In this document: positions 10,353 through 19,212 of the stretch, one piece after another
How positions within the stretch are numbered: the first letter of the stretch is position 1
How the letters are laid out: every line of letters begins with the position of its first letter
Assembly (NCBI GenBank): GCA_963730935.1
Contig: CAVSTP010000003.1
Location: 736,001 to 800,000 of the forward strand
From: an uncultured Nitrospiraceae bacterium
GTDB lineage: Bacteria > Nitrospirota > Nitrospiria > Nitrospirales > Nitrospiraceae
DNA length: 64,000 nucleotides
Direction: 5' to 3'
The notes under the pieces: model-generated
Databases searched by the model: none
What the model saw: only the letters and a program-made list of their open reading frames with translations
What the model was told of the DNA's origin: nothing
Program-made: the position numbers and the translations under genes

Positions 10353-11513
10353 TCAGCGGGCCAACGTATGGACCAGCGAGTCGGCCTTCTCCCGCGCCCA
10401 CCGGTCGGCTTCCAAGGCCGCTTCCACCGAGAGGACGGGCTGTGGGGTATGAGCCTGCATGGTGCTCTGGATGATATCAGAAATATCGGTAAAACGGATG
10501 CCGCCGTTGAGAAACGCGTCAACGGCGATTTCGTTGGCGGCATTCATCGCGGCAGGCATCGTCCCGCCGATCCGCAGCGATTCATATCCCAATCGCAGGC
10601 ATGGGAAGCGATCATGGTCAGGCTTGCAGAACGTCAGAGTGCCGATCTCGGTCAGGTCCAATGAGGGCAAATCGAGCGGCAGCCGGTCCGGGTAGCGCAT
10701 CGCGTACGAGATGGGCGTCCGCATGTCCGGCAATCCGAGTTGTGAAATCATGGATCGGTCTTCGTATTCTACCAGAGAGTGGATGATGCTCTCCCGATGA
10801 ATCAGCACGTCGATGCGTGATTCCGGGATGTCGAACAGCCAGCGGGCTTCCACCACTTCAAGTCCCTTGTTCATCAACGTGGCAGAATCGATCGTGATTT
10901 TCGCGCCCATTTTCCAGTTCGGGTGCTGCAATGCGCGCTCCGGTGTGACGTCAGGGAGCGCCTCTTTCGGCAAGTTCCACAGCGCGCCTCCGGACGCCGT
11001 CAGGATCAAGCGGCGGACATCCTTGATGCGGTGCCCCTCCAGCGATTGAAAGATCGCGCTGTGCTCGCTGTCGACGGGAAAGATTCTGACGCCTGCGCGT
11101 CGCGCTTCCTCCTGCATCAGCTGGCCTGCCATCACCATCGGTTCCTTGTTCGCCAGCGCGATGTGCTTCTTGCCGCGAATCGCTGCGAGCGTCGGCACGA
11201 GCCCCGCGCCGCCGACGATGGCCGACACCACCAGTTCGGCGTCAGGAAGCGAGGCGACTCTGGCGAGGCCCTCTTGACCGCTGACGATCTCGGTCGGCAG
11301 TCCCGAACAACGCTCTCTGAGCCTGACCGCCGCGGCTTCCGTGGACATGGCGACGGCCTGCGGCCGGAAGCGGCGGACCTGCTCAGCCAGCCTCTCGTCG
11401 TTATTGCCGGCCGTCAGGCCGACGACGCGAAACTCGTCGGGGAACCGCTCGACGATGTCGAGCGTGTTGGTGCCGATGGATCCGGTCGAGCCGAGGATGA
11501 CGATCGATTTCAT
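10353..11513 (-). CDS. dxr: 1-deoxy-D-xylulose 5-phosphate reductoisomerase
   Basis: GSTGSIG, LANKE, PVDSEH, NKGLE motifs. Confidence 0.97.
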   Translation of the reverse strand: MKSIVILGSTGSIGTNTLDIVERFPDEFRVVGLTAGNNDERLAEQVRRFRPQAVAMSTEAAAVRLRERCSGLPTEIVSGQEGLARVASLPDAELVVSAIVGGAGLVPTLAAIRGKKHIALANKEPMVMAGQLMQEEARRAGVRIFPVDSEHSAIFQSLEGHRIKDVRRLILTASGGALWNLPKEALPDVTPERALQHPNWKMGAKITIDSATLMNKGLEVVEARWLFDIPESRIDVLIHRESIIHSLVEYEDRSMISQLGLPDMRTPISYAMRYPDRLPLDLPSLDLTEIGTLTFCKPDHDRFPCLRLGYESLRIGGTMPAAMNAANEIAVDAFLNGGIRFTDISDIIQSTMQAHTPQPVLSVEAALEADRWAREKADSLVHTLAR

Positions 11514-11523
11514 AAGCGGGTCC

Positions 11524-12399
11524 TCAAGGGTGAGGGGCGACTCGTCCCATGAACGCTACATAGTAGTAGAAGGCAGGTGCGGTGAACAAGAGACTGTCCA
11601 ACCGGTCGAGCATCCCGCCATGGCCTGGGAGCAGACCTCCGGAATCCTTCACGCCGACGCCGCGTTTGATGGCCGATTCCACAAGGTCCCCCCACAAGCC
11701 GGCGAGCGTGAGAAAGACGGCCAGGACCAGGGTATCGAGATTGGAGAATTCCGGCACGAACGTCCAGCGCGCGACAAATGCCACGATGGTTGCGCCGATG
11801 AGTCCTCCCACCAATCCCTCGACCGTTTTCTTCGGACTGATTCTGGGCGCGATCGCACGCTGTCCGTACAAGGTTCCCACGTAGTACGCTCCCGTATCGG
11901 CCGCCCAGGTCACCAGCAGGAGAAAAAACAGGAGCGATTCTCCCTCCGGCCGGAGCCGGACCAAGACCAGATAGCTGAGGGTGAGACCGACGTAGAGCAT
12001 TCCCGTCAACACGATGGCTCCCTGCCTGAGACTCTCCAGCAGGGGGACCTCGACCAGCAGCGGAATCGAGAGGATGGCGATGACCGCGACGAGCAATCCC
12101 GTCTGTACAAGGGCGGGGTAATGCGGTCCGACGATCAACCCAGCGCAGCCCAGCAGGCCCACGCCGACAGCCAGGGGCCGGGAGGAGTCCTGAAAGCAGA
12201 GTCGGTAGAGTTCCATGAGGGACAGGCAGCCGGCGAGGGCTACGATGCCGGTGAAGGCGATGGGAGGAAGATACCGGATGGCGCCATACAAGAGCGGAAC
12301 GACCAGCAACACAGTGTAGATCCGGCGGGGATCGAAGCGAGCCCGCGTCTTGTGGACGGTTTTCGCCGGTTCTTGATTCGTCGATCCGCACTCGAGCAT
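11524..12399 (-). CDS. cdsA: Phosphatidate cytidylyltransferase
   Basis: SPKKTVEG and KDSGGLLPGHGGMLDRLD signature. Confidence 0.95.
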   Translation of the reverse strand: MLECGSTNQEPAKTVHKTRARFDPRRIYTVLLVVPLLYGAIRYLPPIAFTGIVALAGCLSLMELYRLCFQDSSRPLAVGVGLLGCAGLIVGPHYPALVQTGLLVAVIAILSIPLLVEVPLLESLRQGAIVLTGMLYVGLTLSYLVLVRLRPEGESLLFFLLLVTWAADTGAYYVGTLYGQRAIAPRISPKKTVEGLVGGLIGATIVAFVARWTFVPEFSNLDTLVLAVFLTLAGLWGDLVESAIKRGVGVKDSGGLLPGHGGMLDRLDSLLFTAPAFYYYVAFMGRVAPHP

Positions 12400-12419
12400 G
12401 TCGGTGGTTCCTGGGCGGA

Positions 12420-13205
12420 CTATGAAGACAGGCTGCTGAAGACGCGGCCGAAGCGTCGTTCCCGCCGTTGAAATTCGAGCAGGGCCAGCAACAGCTCACG
12501 CCGCCTGAAGTCCGGCCAGAGCGTCGGGGTAAAATAGAGCTCTGTATAAGCCAGCTGCCAGAGGAGAAAATTACTGATGCGCGTCTCGCCGCTGGTGCGG
12601 ATGAGCAGATCGGGGTCGGGCAAGTCGTGCGTGTACAGGTACTGTTGAACGTGGAGTTCGTCGATATCCTCCGCCTGAAGCTTCCCGTCCTGAGCGTCGC
12701 GTACCAGTCCTCTGACGGCGTCCACGATCTCTGAACGCCCTCCATAGCTCAGCGCGACCGTGAGATGCAGCTTGTCGAGGTGCGCCGTCTCCTGTTCGGC
12801 CGCCCGTACCCACTGAAGGGCGGAAGCAGGAAGCGCATCGGTACGACCAATCGTGCGGAACCGCACGCCCTGTTCGATCAACTTGTTGCGTTCGGTTGAA
12901 AGGTAGTGCTCGAGCAGTCCCATGAGGCCGTCGATCTCCGTCGTCGGACGGTTCCAGTTTTCCTGCGAGAATGCGTAAATCGTGAGGGCCCGGATGCCGA
13001 GTTCCAGGCATAGCGAAATGGTGTCGCGAACGGACTTGATGCCCTCGCGATGTCCGGCAATCCGTGGCAGACTCCGTGCCTCGGCCCACCGCCCGTTGCC
13101 ATCCATGATAATGGCGAGATGCTTGGGGAGCAGGTCAGGATCGAGTTTTGCCGTCAGTTCTGTGTCCGACAGGTGGTCAAGTCTAGAAGGTAATCGAGTG
13201 TCCAT
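12420..13205 (-). CDS. uppS: Undecaprenyl diphosphate synthase
   Basis: IMDGNGRWA, FSQENW, RTSGETRISNF; start moved to ATG 13205, downstream of a putative promoter. Confidence 0.95.
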   Translation of the reverse strand: MDTRLPSRLDHLSDTELTAKLDPDLLPKHLAIIMDGNGRWAEARSLPRIAGHREGIKSVRDTISLCLELGIRALTIYAFSQENWNRPTTEIDGLMGLLEHYLSTERNKLIEQGVRFRTIGRTDALPASALQWVRAAEQETAHLDKLHLTVALSYGGRSEIVDAVRGLVRDAQDGKLQAEDIDELHVQQYLYTHDLPDPDLLIRTSGETRISNFLLWQLAYTELYFTPTLWPDFRRRELLLALLEFQRRERRFGRVFSSLSS

Positions 13206-13260
13206 GAGTGCCGGTCTGGCAGCGATCCTTTCACATGAAGCGCGTATGGCAGGTGAGGAA

Positions 13261-13289
13261 AGTCTACTGACGGTCCTGGCGAAAGTCAA
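13261..13289 (-). promoter_or_regulatory. Putative sigma70 promoter of the uppS-cdsA-dxr-rseP-proS operon
   Basis: Minus strand TTGACT-N17-TAGACT. Confidence 0.55.
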
Positions 13290-13339
13290 ACGATATTTCC
13301 TAAATCCTTTGCAAAAGCGAAGAGTTGGAAGCGCTCGCA

Positions 13340-13369
13340 TTGCGCCTCGAAAAATGAATCGGCTATACT
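13340..13369 (+). promoter_or_regulatory. Putative sigma70 promoter of tldD
   Basis: TTGCGC-N18-TATACT. Confidence 0.4.
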
Positions 13370-13414
13370 CTGCCTTCTCGCGTATATCAACTATTTTATA
13401 AGGAATTTTCAACG

Positions 13415-14848
13415 ATGGGACAACTCATTCCCTTGGATTCGTTCGGGGTCACAGAGCATGACGTGCTGGAGGCCTTGGGGCGAGTGAAGGTCCGCGACGT
13501 GGATTACGCGGACCTCTACTTCGAATCCTGCATTTCGGAATCCGTCTCGATGGAAGAATCGCTCGTGAAGCGAGCGACGAAGAGTATTTCTCAGGGGGTG
13601 GGGGTACGCGCCACCGCCGGAGAAAAAACCGGTTTTGCCTACTCCGATGATCTGACCCGACGCGACCTCGAACTCGCCGCCGATACGGCCCGGTATATCG
13701 CCAACTCACCAGGAGGGTCCCAGCCTGTCCCTGTCCCGGTCCATTCCAGGCCGGCAAGAGATCTCTACCCGGTCCCCCACGAACAAGCGGATGTCGCCAC
13801 GGCGGACCGCGTCGCGCTGTTGAACCGCATCGATGCGGAGGCGAGACGTTATGACCCTCGCATCAAAAATGTCATGGCCTCTTTTAATACGGAATACAAG
13901 ATTGTGATGGTGGCGACATCGGACGGCACGTTGATCGGCGACGTGCAGCCCCTGTCCCGCTTGCAAGTGACCTGTATTGCCGAGGATGGTGGAAATCGCC
14001 AGATCGGATCCTTTGGCGGAGGCGGTCGCATCGGCTTCGACTTTTACCGCCAAGGGGACCGTTATCTCAATTACGCAAAGGAGGCCGCCCGTATTGCGAT
14101 TCTCAACCTGTCAGCGGTCGATGCGCCGGCTGGCGTCATGCCGGTTGTTCTAGGGGGCGGGTGGCCTGGAATTCTTTTGCACGAAGCGATCGGCCATGGA
14201 CTCGAAGCGGATTTCAACCGGAAAAAGACCTCTGCCTTCTCGAATCTTCTGGGTAAACGAGTCGCCTCCGATGTCTGTACGATCGTGGACGACGGCACAT
14301 TGCCGGACCGGCGCGGATCGCTCAACATGGATGACGAAGGCACGGCGACCGCTCGTACCACGCTCATCGAGAAAGGGATCTTGCGCGGCTATATCACCGA
14401 CAAGTTGAATGCGCGTCTCCTGGGCATTCCTCTGACAGGGAATGGAAGGCGAGAAAGCTATCAGAGCATCGTCCTGCCTCGCATGACGAATACGTTCATG
14501 CTGGCCGGGGAGTCGAATCCAGAGGACATCATTAAATCGGTCAACAGGGGTCTCTACGCCGTGTCGTTCGGAGGAGGCCAGGTCGATATCACGAACGGCA
14601 AGTTTGTGTTCTCGGCCAGCGAAGCGTATTTGATCGAAGACGGAAAGGTGACCAAACCGGTCAAAGGAGCAACATTGATTGGGAGCGGGCCGGATATTCT
14701 GACGAAGGTCTCGATGGTCGGCCATGATTTGAAGCTGGACGAGGGCATCGGGACCTGCGGTAAGGAAGGACAATCCGTGCCGGTCGGCGTCGGATTGCCG
14801 ACGATACGAATCGATGAAATTACCGTCGGCGGCACCCAGGCGGGATGA
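13415..14848 (+). CDS. tldD: Metalloprotease TldD
   Basis: HEAIGHGLEAD, PRMTNT, CGKEGQ motifs. Confidence 0.95.
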   Translation: MGQLIPLDSFGVTEHDVLEALGRVKVRDVDYADLYFESCISESVSMEESLVKRATKSISQGVGVRATAGEKTGFAYSDDLTRRDLELAADTARYIANSPGGSQPVPVPVHSRPARDLYPVPHEQADVATADRVALLNRIDAEARRYDPRIKNVMASFNTEYKIVMVATSDGTLIGDVQPLSRLQVTCIAEDGGNRQIGSFGGGGRIGFDFYRQGDRYLNYAKEAARIAILNLSAVDAPAGVMPVVLGGGWPGILLHEAIGHGLEADFNRKKTSAFSNLLGKRVASDVCTIVDDGTLPDRRGSLNMDDEGTATARTTLIEKGILRGYITDKLNARLLGIPLTGNGRRESYQSIVLPRMTNTFMLAGESNPEDIIKSVNRGLYAVSFGGGQVDITNGKFVFSASEAYLIEDGKVTKPVKGATLIGSGPDILTKVSMVGHDLKLDEGIGTCGKEGQSVPVGVGLPTIRIDEITVGGTQAG

Positions 14849-14861
14849 AGGACGAATCACC

Positions 14862-16250
14862 ATGAGTGAAACACGAGAGCCTAGTCGATCACTCCAGCCG
14901 ACAAACGGCCATCTGTCGCAACTGGCCTCTGACGTGCTCGCCATGGCCAAGAAACATGGCGCGACGGAAGCCGACGTGGTCGTGGCCGACGGCGAAAATC
15001 TCTCCGTTCAAATCCGTCTGGGATCTGTCGATCGGCTTTCAAAGGCTCGGGAAAAACGGTTGGGGCTGCGCATTTTCGTCGGCAAGCGGTCCGCCACCTC
15101 GTCCACCTCTGACTTTTCATCTGAATCCCTACGACGGCTGGTGTCGGAAACCTGTACGCTGGCCAAGGCTGTCGTCGAAGATCCCGTCTCCGGCTTGCCC
15201 GGCACTGATCAACTGGCGACGGACCAACCGGACCTCGATCTGCATGACGAGACCCGGCTGGATACGGATCGACAGATCGATTTGGCCAAGCGGGCGGAGG
15301 CCGCGGCATTGGCCAGCGACGACCGCATTACCAACTCAGAAGGAGCAGATTTCGACTCTTCCTGGGGGCGTGTAGTGCTGGGGAACAGCCACGGATTTAT
15401 CGGAGACTACCGCAGTTCCAGCTATTCGCTGGCCGTGTCGCCGATCGCCGTCGATCCGGTCTCAGGCAGTATGCAACGCGATGCATGGTACGACGTGCGG
15501 CGAAAATTTCACAAGCTCGACGCGCCGGAGGCCATTGGCCGTGAAGCCGCCAAGCGGACGGTCAGACGGTTGGGCGCACGCAAAGTGGGGACCAAACGGG
15601 TGCCGGTCGTGTTCGATCAGGAAACTGCCGGGAGCCTGCTCGGCAATTTGTGCAGCGCTGTGTCGGGGTATGCCCTCTATAAAGGGGCATCCTTTCTGGG
15701 TGGACAGTTGGGAAAACGGCTGGCACCCGACTGGTTCAGCGTGTATGACGATGGCCGGATAGTCGGGGGACTTGGCTCGCGCCCGTTCGATGGGGAAGGA
15801 CTGCCGACGAGAAAAAACACGGTCGTCGACAAGGGGGTGCTCACCAGCTATCTGCTTGATACCTATTCCGGGAAAAAGTTGGGATTGCCATCGAGCGGCA
15901 ATGCCTCAAGAAGCGTGGGAGAAAGTCCCTCGGTCGGTCCGACGAATTTCTACCTCACTCCTGGGACCTGCTCGCCGGAGGACATGATCCGCGGTATCAA
16001 GGACGGCCTGTACGTAACGGAACTGATCGGCTTCGGGATCAATATGGTGACCGGAGACTATTCCCGGGGGGCAGGCGGATTTTGGATCGAAAATGGTGAA
16101 CTGGCCTATCCAGTGGAGGAAATTACCATCGCGGGGAACTTGAAACAGATGTTCCGCGACATCGAAATTGTCGGCAGTGATCTCGTCTTCCGAGGGCGGA
16201 TTGCCAGTCCGACCTTGAAGATCGCGGAAATGATGGTGGCGGGGGATTGA
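14862..16250 (+). CDS. pmbA: TldE/PmbA protease partner
   Basis: FDGEG, TGDYSRGA, EITIAGNL motifs; adjacent to tldD. Confidence 0.93.
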   Translation: MSETREPSRSLQPTNGHLSQLASDVLAMAKKHGATEADVVVADGENLSVQIRLGSVDRLSKAREKRLGLRIFVGKRSATSSTSDFSSESLRRLVSETCTLAKAVVEDPVSGLPGTDQLATDQPDLDLHDETRLDTDRQIDLAKRAEAAALASDDRITNSEGADFDSSWGRVVLGNSHGFIGDYRSSSYSLAVSPIAVDPVSGSMQRDAWYDVRRKFHKLDAPEAIGREAAKRTVRRLGARKVGTKRVPVVFDQETAGSLLGNLCSAVSGYALYKGASFLGGQLGKRLAPDWFSVYDDGRIVGGLGSRPFDGEGLPTRKNTVVDKGVLTSYLLDTYSGKKLGLPSSGNASRSVGESPSVGPTNFYLTPGTCSPEDMIRGIKDGLYVTELIGFGINMVTGDYSRGAGGFWIENGELAYPVEEITIAGNLKQMFRDIEIVGSDLVFRGRIASPTLKIAEMMVAGD

Positions 16251-16345
16251 CGGGGAGACCTCCATATCTGTATCGGGCGCTGCGAGCCGCGACGCTGACT
16301 GCGGCCATGACGGCGATGGCCGTTTCAACCCGAGGGGAGGGCAAC

Positions 16346-16810
16346 ATGCGGATTGTCTCAACCGCGTTCACCCATGAGGGTGCGATCCCTTCGCTCTATA
16401 CCTGTGAAGGCAACGATGTGTCTCCCCCCCTCTCCTGGTCGGAGGTCCCGCCGGGGACGAAGAGTTTGGCCCTGATCGTCGATGATCCGGACGCTCCCGA
16501 TCCGGCCGCGCCGAAAATGACCTGGGTGCATTGGGTCCTTTATAATTTGCCGCCGAAGAGTGACGGACTGCCTGAAAGCGCGAAGCCGCTGCCGGTGGGA
16601 ACTAAGGAAGGCATGAACGATTGGAAGCGCACGGGCTACGGAGGACCATGTCCGCCGATCGGTCGCCACCGGTATTTCCACAAGCTGTATGCGTTGGATA
16701 CCGTGCTGCCGGATCTGAAACAGCCGACCAAGGGGAAGCTCGAAGAGGCCATGAAGGGCCACATTCTTAGCGAAGCCCGTTTGATGGGGACCTATCAGAA
16801 GACCAAATAA
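16346..16810 (+). CDS. YbhB/YbcL (PEBP/RKIP-like) protein, cytoplasmic type
   Basis: DPDAP, HW, GPCPP, HRY motifs; GGAGG RBS before ATG 16346; no signal peptide. Confidence 0.9.
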   Translation: MRIVSTAFTHEGAIPSLYTCEGNDVSPPLSWSEVPPGTKSLALIVDDPDAPDPAAPKMTWVHWVLYNLPPKSDGLPESAKPLPVGTKEGMNDWKRTGYGGPCPPIGRHRYFHKLYALDTVLPDLKQPTKGKLEEAMKGHILSEARLMGTYQKTK

Positions 16811-16858
16811 ATCAGCCAACAGGCATTGAACAGCGGCCAGGAGAAGAGAGGAGAACGT

Positions 16859-17413
16859 ATGCGACGGGCATGGAGCGTGGTCCTGACACTACTTGTGCTT
16901 CCGAGTCTAGCGGCGGCAGCCGATTTTCGGTTGACGAGTCCGACCGTGAAAGATAAGGGCATCATCAGCAACGAACATGTCTTCAACGGGTTTGGATGCA
17001 ACGGCAACAACATTTCGCCCGAACTGCGGTGGGAGCGAGCGCCGAAAGGCACAAAGAGCTTTGCGGTGACGGTCTATGATCCCGACGCGCCGACGGGAAG
17101 CGGATGGTGGCATTGGGTGATCTTCAATATGCCTCCGGAGACCACGTCCTTACCGGCAGGCGCCGGCAAACCTGAGGGCGGAGGAGCGCCGCAAGGCAGC
17201 GTCCAATCCATGACGGATTTCGGTCAGCCGGGTTACGGCGGGCCCTGTCCGCCTCCGGGGGATAAGCCGCATCGGTACATCTTTACGCTGTACGCGCTGA
17301 AGCTGGATCAATTGCCTTTGCAGAAGGAGGCGTCGGGTGCGATGGTGGGCTACTACCTGAATCAGAATAAGTTGGCAAAAGCCTCGTTCACGGCGAAGTA
17401 CGGTCGGAAATAA
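16859..17413 (+). CDS. YbhB/YbcL (PEBP/RKIP-like) protein, exported type
   Basis: Signal peptide; DPDAPTGSGWWHW and GPCPP motifs. Confidence 0.9.
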   Translation: MRRAWSVVLTLLVLPSLAAAADFRLTSPTVKDKGIISNEHVFNGFGCNGNNISPELRWERAPKGTKSFAVTVYDPDAPTGSGWWHWVIFNMPPETTSLPAGAGKPEGGGAPQGSVQSMTDFGQPGYGGPCPPPGDKPHRYIFTLYALKLDQLPLQKEASGAMVGYYLNQNKLAKASFTAKYGRK

Positions 17414-17475
17414 GAACCTTTTCACACGTTGGACTGACGGCATAAAGGAAGAGATGCCGCTGACGGAGGAATTGA

Positions 17476-17934
17476 ATGCCGCTTGATACCGAACTCGGAA
17501 AGAAAATGCTGCAGCTCGTGACGTCACGGTATGACGATCGGCATTGGCGCAAGAAGATCGAAAAGACGTTGAGCCTGCCTCAGTCGGGTGTCAGCGACCC
17601 CATTCAACAGCAGATCTTCATGTATCTCAAGGTCGGGCTGAAAGCCTACAAGTCCCGACGCGCTGATCCGGACTCCTGGATTATTGGCGGCTTTGCCACC
17701 AAGGAAGTGATCGAGCGGGCGAAATACCAGCCGAAACAAGTTGGAGCCGACCTCACCAAGGATGATGTCGCGTTTCTGGGCACCGATCCGGGTAGTGACA
17801 TAGATGAGGTCTGGTGGGATGAGATGCTGGTCCAGTGGTTCGACGTGCCGGAGGAAGAGAAGCCCGCCAACGAAGACGAGGTAGTCGCTCATGAGGATCC
17901 CGCCGTCGTAAGACCTCCTGAATCACCCAACTAA
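17476..17934 (+). CDS. Hypothetical protein
   Basis: GGAGG RBS, natural composition, acidic tail; no recognised domain. Confidence 0.7.
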   Translation: MPLDTELGKKMLQLVTSRYDDRHWRKKIEKTLSLPQSGVSDPIQQQIFMYLKVGLKAYKSRRADPDSWIIGGFATKEVIERAKYQPKQVGADLTKDDVAFLGTDPGSDIDEVWWDEMLVQWFDVPEEEKPANEDEVVAHEDPAVVRPPESPN

Positions 17935-17972
17935 GCCTCGCTCGCTCAATCCTGTAAACTCGCAAAGAGGTT

Positions 17973-18178
17973 GGCCGCGTCTCGCGACGGCCGCTTCCGC
18001 CAGCGCCTGCTGGCTCGCCGTTACGCTCAGTCACACTTGGCACAGAAACTAGTTCCGTTCAGACCGTTTGTCGAACGGAACGTCAAACATCTATGCCATC
18101 CGCGAAGCGCGGCCAGCGCGACTTCGCTACGGCGAGAAACGCGGCGCTGATGCGTGCGTCAGCCCGCGCGACGCGGCC
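17973..18178. ncRNA. Structured non-coding element A (long hairpin with conserved core)
   Basis: 17973-17986 pairs with 18165-18178, 18014-18021 with 18129-18136, GTTCCGTTC/GAACGGAAC apical stem; core homologous to element B. Confidence 0.5.
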
Positions 18179-18307
18179 TTGATGAAAACGGGCAGCAAGC
18201 TCGGTAGGATCTTTTGTGGCAGTTGTGTCTCGATTCATCCGGTCATCGGCGGCCACGATCCTCGTGAGCGACTTGAGGAAGGGAACAGCTCTCTTCTCGC
18301 GGGGTGA

Positions 18308-18492
18308 GGATAGTTGGGACTCCGGCGACTTGCGATGGGTGGCATAGCCCTGTCGCCGCGGGCGCCGAAGGCGATGGCGAGCATTGTTCGAAGTTCCGTT
18401 CGGATGCAATCCGGAACGGAACAAGTTGCGGAGCCAAGTGGCGACAGGCTATGCGGTCTAACCCATCGCTGAAGCCGGGTTCTCAACTATCC
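18308..18492. ncRNA. Structured non-coding element B (inverted homologue of A)
   Basis: GGATAGTTG/CAACTATCC, GCGATGGGT/ACCCATCGC, GCATAGCC/GGCTATGC, CTGTCGCC/GGCGACAG, GTTCCGTTC/GAACGGAAC stems. Confidence 0.55.
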
Positions 18493-19131
18493 GAACAAAT
18501 CCATCTGGGCGGGATTGGGCGGTTCGATGGTGAGAACCGGGGCGGCGGGTGCGGCAGCTTCAGTCTCAGCAGACTGTTGCGTGTGCCGGTCGAGGAAGTC
18601 CTTCAGTTTCTTGAAATCCTCCTTCAACGTATCGAGCAGGTTGCCCTGGTGTAAGGCGGCTGCCGGATGCAGGAGGGGGAAAATGACGAAGTCCTTCATA
18701 TAGAAGGCCTGCGCCTTGACCTTGGTAATCCCGACTTTCCTCTCCAACAGTGTCTGGGTGGCCCAGTTGCCCAGCGTGCACACCAGCTTGGGCCGGATCA
18801 TCTGGATTTGTTGCATCAGGAACGGCTTGCAGGTGTCCACTTCATCAGGTTCCGGATCGCGGTTGTTCGGGGGCCGGCACTTGATGACGTTCGCGATGTA
18901 GATCTGGTCGCGCGATAGATTCGCCGAGGCCAGCAGATCGTTCAGGAGTTTTCCCGCTGCACCCACGAACGGCTCGCCCTTTTGGTCTTCGTTGAATCCG
19001 GGCGCCTCGCCGACGAACATGATGCTCGCATGCGGATTCCCTACGCCGAACACCACCTGGGTTCGGCCCAGCTTCGCGAGTTTGCACTGCTGACAGTTGT
19101 GAAGTGATTTGGCGAGTTCTTGAAGCGTCAT
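18487..19131 (-). CDS. Family 4 uracil-DNA glycosylase (Fe-S)
   Basis: Cxx[22 protein letters not shown] motifs. Confidence 0.93.
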   Translation of the reverse strand: MTLQELAKSLHNCQQCKLAKLGRTQVVFGVGNPHASIMFVGEAPGFNEDQKGEPFVGAAGKLLNDLLASANLSRDQIYIANVIKCRPPNNRDPEPDEVDTCKPFLMQQIQMIRPKLVCTLGNWATQTLLERKVGITKVKAQAFYMKDFVIFPLLHPAAALHQGNLLDTLKEDFKKLKDFLDRHTQQSAETEAAAPAAPVLTIEPPNPAQMDLFG

Positions 19132-19212
19132 GATGAGAGAGATGATCGAAGGAGGGCATCTTAGGAGCGGTACCGAACGTTGTCAACGGTAGAAAATGCC
19201 AACGAGGAAACG

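Noticed and set aside
11510..12745. 411-aa minus-strand ORF overlapping cdsA and uppS
   Set aside because: Alternative frame with Arg/Pro-rich non-protein-like composition
13206..13412. N-terminal extension of uppS in the ORF track
   Set aside because: Spans the divergent promoter region; family similarity starts near ATG 13205
18037..18052. TTGGCAC as a sigma54 -24 element
   Set aside because: No GC at the -12 position, and the homologous element B does not keep it
18363..18373. CGCCGAAGG resembling a glycine riboswitch segment
   Set aside because: Other conserved parts (GGAGA, CTCTCAGG) are absent and there is no suitable downstream gene
18068..18486. Short ORFs in the 18-kb intergenic region
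   Set aside because: No RBS or motifs; the region is better explained by covarying secondary structure
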